A stretch of DNA of 64,000 nt, taken from Octopus vulgaris (Eukaryota). This document shows positions 59,396 through 64,000 of this stretch, in pieces. Under the pieces are notes generated by a model. The model made no database searches and was not told where the DNA came from. It saw nothing but the letters and a program-made list of their open reading frames with translations. The stretch is from contig OX597822.1 of the NCBI GenBank assembly GCA_951406725.2, positions 116,064,001-116,128,000 on the forward strand. Direction: 5' to 3'. The translations under genes were made by a program, and so were the position numbers. Position 1 is the stretch's first letter. Every line of letters begins with the position of its first letter.

Positions 59396-60089
59396 TCTTT
59401 TACTTGTTCCAGTCTTTTGACTGCGGCCATGCTGGATCACCACCTTTAGTGGAACAAATCGACCCCAGGACTTCTTCTTTGTAAGCCTAGTACTTATTCC
59501 ATCAGTCTCTTTTGCTGAACTGCTAAGTTACAAAGACATAAACACACCAACATCAGTTGTCAAGTGATGGTCGGGGGGACAAACACAGACACACAATACA
59601 TACATAATACACACACACATATATATATATATATATAGGGGTAAAATATGAAAAATCAACGAAAATACACATTGCAAATAGAAAAAGGCTATTTATGACA
59701 GGTAGTGACAAATATATACATTTAGATTGACTGAGGTAGTAATACGAGTCATAAAAGTCATTATTATGAGATGATTATAAGATGATAATAAAGAGAACAA
59801 AACGAACCATGGTTTCCACAAAAAGCTATTCATCTCTTTGAAAAACACCGATGAATAGCTTTGCATAAACCATGGTTCGTTTTGTTCTCTTTATTATCAT
59901 CTTATAATCATCTCATAATAATGACTTTTATGACTCGTATTACTACCTCAGTCCATCTAAATGTATATATTTGTTGTTACCTGTCATAAATAGCCTTTTT
60001 CTATTTGCAATATGCATTTTCTTTGGTTTTTCATATTTTACCCTTACATTTCCACGTGTATTTTATATTTTCTTTTTGTAACATATTTC

Positions 60090-60150
<61 letters not shown>

Positions 60151-60283
60151 CTTCTTTTTGAGTTTCCGTCTACCAAATCCACTTGCAAGGCTTTGGTTGG
60201 CTTGAGGCTATAGTAGATGCCATACAGTGGGGCTGAACCCAGAACCATGTGGTTGGGAAGCAAGCTACTTACCATGCAGCCAT
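59396..60283 (-). mobile_element. SINE family A split by a ~405-bp palindrome in its central (TA)n
   Basis: Tail at 59396-59600 and head at 60150-60283 are colinear on the minus strand. Confidence 0.85.
59639..60043. repeat. Near-perfect inverted repeat (arms ~195 bp, 15-nt loop)
   Basis: 59639-59834 pairs with 60043-59850, with scattered mismatches. Confidence 0.95.
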
Positions 60284-60320
60284 TATACACACACACACAC
60301 ACACACACATTAATATGCAA

Positions 60321-60595
60321 AGGCATGTGGCCTGGTAGTTACAGTGTTGCACTCATAATAACAGAATTGTGGTTTCAATTCCCAGGCTTGTGGTGTGTTG
60401 TGTTTGCTCCAGGCCACTCAGCTCTAAATAGGCAAACTTGCAATGGACTGACATTCCGTTCAGGGGAAATGTTGGCCTGACCAGCCACCCATTGGGGTGG
60501 CATCATTCAAAAGCTATAACAATGCAAGGAAATGCATTGTGACCAGTGGCGTATAACACCATCTGACAATCAGGTCGATACAGTGATACAGTAAT
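60321..60595 (+). mobile_element. SINE family C, near full length, with Meta-like core
   Basis: tRNA-like head, tgcaatggactgacattccgttcagggg core, and tail shared with 51233 and 58386. Confidence 0.75.
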
Positions 60596-60699
60596 ACATA
60601 TTCATAAACATACCTGCACATACACACACACAACACACACACACACACACACTACAATTGAGAGAAAGTGATGAGCAACAAAACTATTTTTATGAACCT

Positions 60700-61442
60700 C
60701 ACCCACAAACCACTGGCATCAATAGATAAGTTGTACTGTACCATGATGGTTATTCTGGAATGCACGATGGCTAAAGATAAGGTTCAAAGAATGAAGACAG
60801 ATTAAGACTTCTGGGGTTCTGTGACACAAATGAGCTAACCATCTAGCGTGCAAGATAGGTTTCATTCTCACCAGGAAACAGAATAGTCAGATGGTTGTGA
60901 ATGCTATGCCTAGAGACCTAGAGTACCACTCAGCATAGATATGAGTCTAGTGATCTAAAAATAAATTCTAAACAGATTGAGTGACAACAGACAGCCTGGA
61001 GAAAGGTGGGTAACTTGAAATATCCTTATGCTAAACATAGGTCCAGAGATGTTGCAGGTGACACATATGATCAGCTGGAGAAGATAGAGACTTATAACAG
61101 AGAAGACAATTGGCGAGTTGGAGTTGTACAGGGGTTGTCTTGTAGAACCCCCCACCCCCACCCTGTTATCAGAAATCCCCAATTTCTGAAAACAGATGTG
61201 GTTCCATCCAGACAATAGGTAATATAAAGACTAAAAGACAAGGAACAAAATCTAGCCAAAAGAGAGGCAGTAAGCTTACATAGAATGGAGAGAAGCCAAA
61301 AGCAAGAGGTTTACCAATATTCTGTGTCAAGAGGATCACACAGCCGCGAAGTGCTTTGAATTTCAGAACAGGGAATGGTGTGAATAAAGTGGCTGGGAAC
61401 CATTACATTGAGAGACTGCTGAATGTAGAAAATGTGTGGGGA

Positions 61443-61482
<40 letters not shown>

Positions 61483-61640
61483 CTACACCAAGTTTACACA
61501 ACAGAGGAACAGCTATGGTGGTGGACAGTTGTAAGATTAAAATGGCTGTAAAGATATGAAGACAAGGAAAGCAGCAGTTTCATCAGAGTTGGTCAATGAA
61601 AGGCTGAAAATGTCTAATGAGGTACAGTTCAAATTTGTTG
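60700..61640 (+). pseudogene. Old RTE fragment related to the copy-1 family
   Basis: Remnants AKREA, RFTNIL, NHYIERLLNVENVW and MKTRKAA align to the start of copy 1; 5' boundary uncertain. Confidence 0.6.
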
Positions 61641-61918
61641 CTCACTCACCCAGAATATACTACCCCTGCACTAATACTCAAAGACAGGGGTAGGTGGGGC
61701 ACACACACATAAGTCAACAATGTCAGTCACCCTCTTAACACAGATTTCACCTAGTTTATCTGCTATCTGGTGTTATCTAGTTAATCTGCTGTAAGGGTCA
61801 CTTTATATTGTAAGAGAGCCGGGTATATACATTGAGTGAGTGTAGATTGGGTAGAAGGAATAATACTTTATGGGCACGTTTGTATGAAGTATGTAATATA
61901 TAAAAGAAATTCACATAT

Positions 61919-62080
61919 AGGTGCAGGAGTGGCTGTGTGGTAAGTAGCTTGCTTACCAACCACATGGTTCTGGGTTCAGTCCCACTGAGTGGCACCTTGG
62001 GCAAGGGTCTTCTACTATAGCTTCGGGCCAACTAAAGCATTGTGAGTGGATTTGGTAGATGGAAACTGAAAAAGCCCAAC

Positions 62081-62117
<37 letters not shown>

Positions 62118-62317
62118 TATATGTATGTATGTATGTATGTATATGTTTATGTGTTTGTCCCCCCAACCTCTCATGACAACCGATGCTGGTGTGTTTACGT
62201 CTCTGTCACTTAGCGGTTTGCCAATAGAATAAGTGCTAAGTCCTGGGGTTAATTTGCTCGACTAAAAGCAGTGTTCCAGCATGGCCACAGTCAAATGACT
62301 GAAACAAATAAAAGAAT
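61919..62317 (+). mobile_element. SINE family A, full length
   Basis: Complete head and tail. Confidence 0.93.
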
Positions 62318-62376
62318 ATGTTATCTAGTGAGGGAAAAAATTTCAAAAAGTTGCGATTATAACTCCAAGCTTTATC

Positions 62377-62623
62377 TTTCTTTTATCTTTTTATCTTTCA
62401 CTTGCTTCAGTCATTGGATTGCAGCCATGCTGGGGTTCTGCCTTGAAGGACTTAGCGGAACAAATTAACCCTAGTGCCTATTTTTTGAAGCCTGGTACTT
62501 ATTCTATCAGTCTCTTTTGCCAAACTGATAAGTTATGGGGACATAAATCTACCAACACTGGTTGTTGAGTGGTGGTAGACAACAAACACAAGCACAAAGA
62601 CATACACGCATTCATGTGCACGT

Positions 62624-62712
<89 letters not shown>

Positions 62713-62884
62713 CATATTCATGGTAGACGTCTTTCAGTTTCTGTCTACCAAATCCACTCAGAAGTCTTTGATTAACCCAGAGCCATAGTTGAAGACCCAT
62801 GCCCAAGGTGTCACACAGTGGGACTGAACTCAAGATCACATGGTTGGGAAACAAACTTCGTGGCTACAGCTACACCTGCTCCTA
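62377..62884 (-). mobile_element. SINE family A, full length, long (CA)n centre
   Basis: Complete tail and head on the minus strand. Confidence 0.9.
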
Positions 62885-63599
62885 TGTCTATACTAATGGG
62901 GGTAAAATCACTCAATACAGGGAGCAAAGTTTATTTATTCATTTGAAGCCGATGATCCTGTCTGTGACTACTCAGGGTTACTCTTTCTAGAATTGATCCT
63001 TCTAGTGACAAAAAGATAAACTGAGGAACTCAATGGTTTTTTTTCCTTCAAAGGAATCCGTCTGTGAGAAGAGGAAATAATCTGCTCAGAACACCAAAGT
63101 CATGTTGGAAATGCTATTTCATGAAAGCTACCAAACAAAGATGATTCTATGGCAGGTTTAGAAATCCATGAATGACGGAGTGATGTTTGAAAGAAATCTG
63201 AATTCCAGTACTTGACCAGAGCAATGACTAAGGTGCTTTCGGCAGAAATACCAGCAATGTAAACAATTTATTTATTGAGAGTGAGTAAAATAAATAGCTT
63301 TTTCCTAATTCATACTGTACAGTTTTTACCACTACCTTATCTAAGCAGATACACAGTACTCTGGTGTGATTTTCCAACTATTTCAAATATATATATAAAT
63401 GCATATTTAGTCAGACGAGAGGCAGGGAAGAAGTGAAAATAGTTATGATTACAGCTGTATTAAGATATTTGGGCAGTTTGGATGGAAGATTTCAGCAAAA
63501 GTTCACACAACAGAAGAAGAGAAGAAAATGGCACTAATAAAATCAAATTTGTAGGCAATCTGTTTAGAAATGGTATTTCCTGAAAGCTGCTAAAGTTTG

Positions 63600-63783
63600 G
63601 CAAAAGAAAGGTTACCCTGTTGTACTCTTTCGCCCCAACTTTCTCTCACTCTTTCTTCCTGTTTCTTGAGTAACGCTGCGATGGACTGGCGTCCCGTCCA
63701 GCTGGAGGGAACACATACACCACAGAAACCGGGAAACTGGGCCCATGAGCCTGGCTGGGCTTGAAAAGGGCACATAAAAAAAA
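63600..63783 (+). mobile_element. SINE 3' fragment with Meta-like core and A tail
   Basis: ctgcgatggactggcgtcccgtccag...agaaaccggga...aaaaaaaa. Confidence 0.6.
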
Positions 63784-63863
63784 TGTATACATACACACAC
63801 ACACAAATAAATTTATATACGCATGCATAAATATATGCATGTATGAATATGTGTGTATGTAGC

Positions 63864-64000
63864 TTTTATTCTTTATCTTTTACTTGTTTCACTTACTGAA
63901 CTGTAGTCATGCTGGAGCACCACCTTGAAGGGTTTAGTCAAACAAATCAACCCCAGTACTTATATATATATTAGTTAAAGTCTGCTATTTATTCTATCAG
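63864..64000 (-). mobile_element. SINE family A tail (runs off window)
   Basis: ttttacttgtttc...catgctggagcaccacctt...aatcaaccccag. Confidence 0.85.

Overview
Repeat-dense, AT-rich, microsatellite-laden animal DNA. The SINE/RTE repeat families match those I recognise from octopus (cephalopod) genomes; this is an inference from repeat content. No host protein-coding exon can be identified with confidence, so the window looks intronic or intergenic, and almost all short ORFs in the track are microsatellite or SINE artefacts. Retroelements: two 5'-truncated, mutually inverted copies of one RTE-clade LINE (24.1-26.7 kb +, 37.6-40.2 kb -), whose RT ORF carries an embedded PHD-type C4HC3 finger and whose 3' UTR carries a variable hairpin array; a second RTE family ending in three C2H2 fingers (53.7-54.5 kb -); older RTE, CR1-like and RLE-type fragments; about 30 tRNA-derived SINE copies or fragments of three families. 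DNA transposons: two Tc1 elements (one with 225-bp IR/DR TIRs), a mariner, a decayed maT/DD37D-like element, piggyBac-type and mariner MITEs, and a non-autonomous Helitron. Least obvious signals: two homologous Penelope-type type I hammerhead ribozymes with intact catalytic cores, covarying stems and an extended stem II (46.9 and 55.2 kb, minus strand); a ~405-bp near-perfect palindrome inside a SINE; a 228-nt AG-exclusion zone and a candidate 38-nt exon hinting at a minus-strand host transcript; a helically phased CRE/AP-1 cluster; and two core-promoter-like modules. Boundaries of decayed repeats are approximate and were read by eye.
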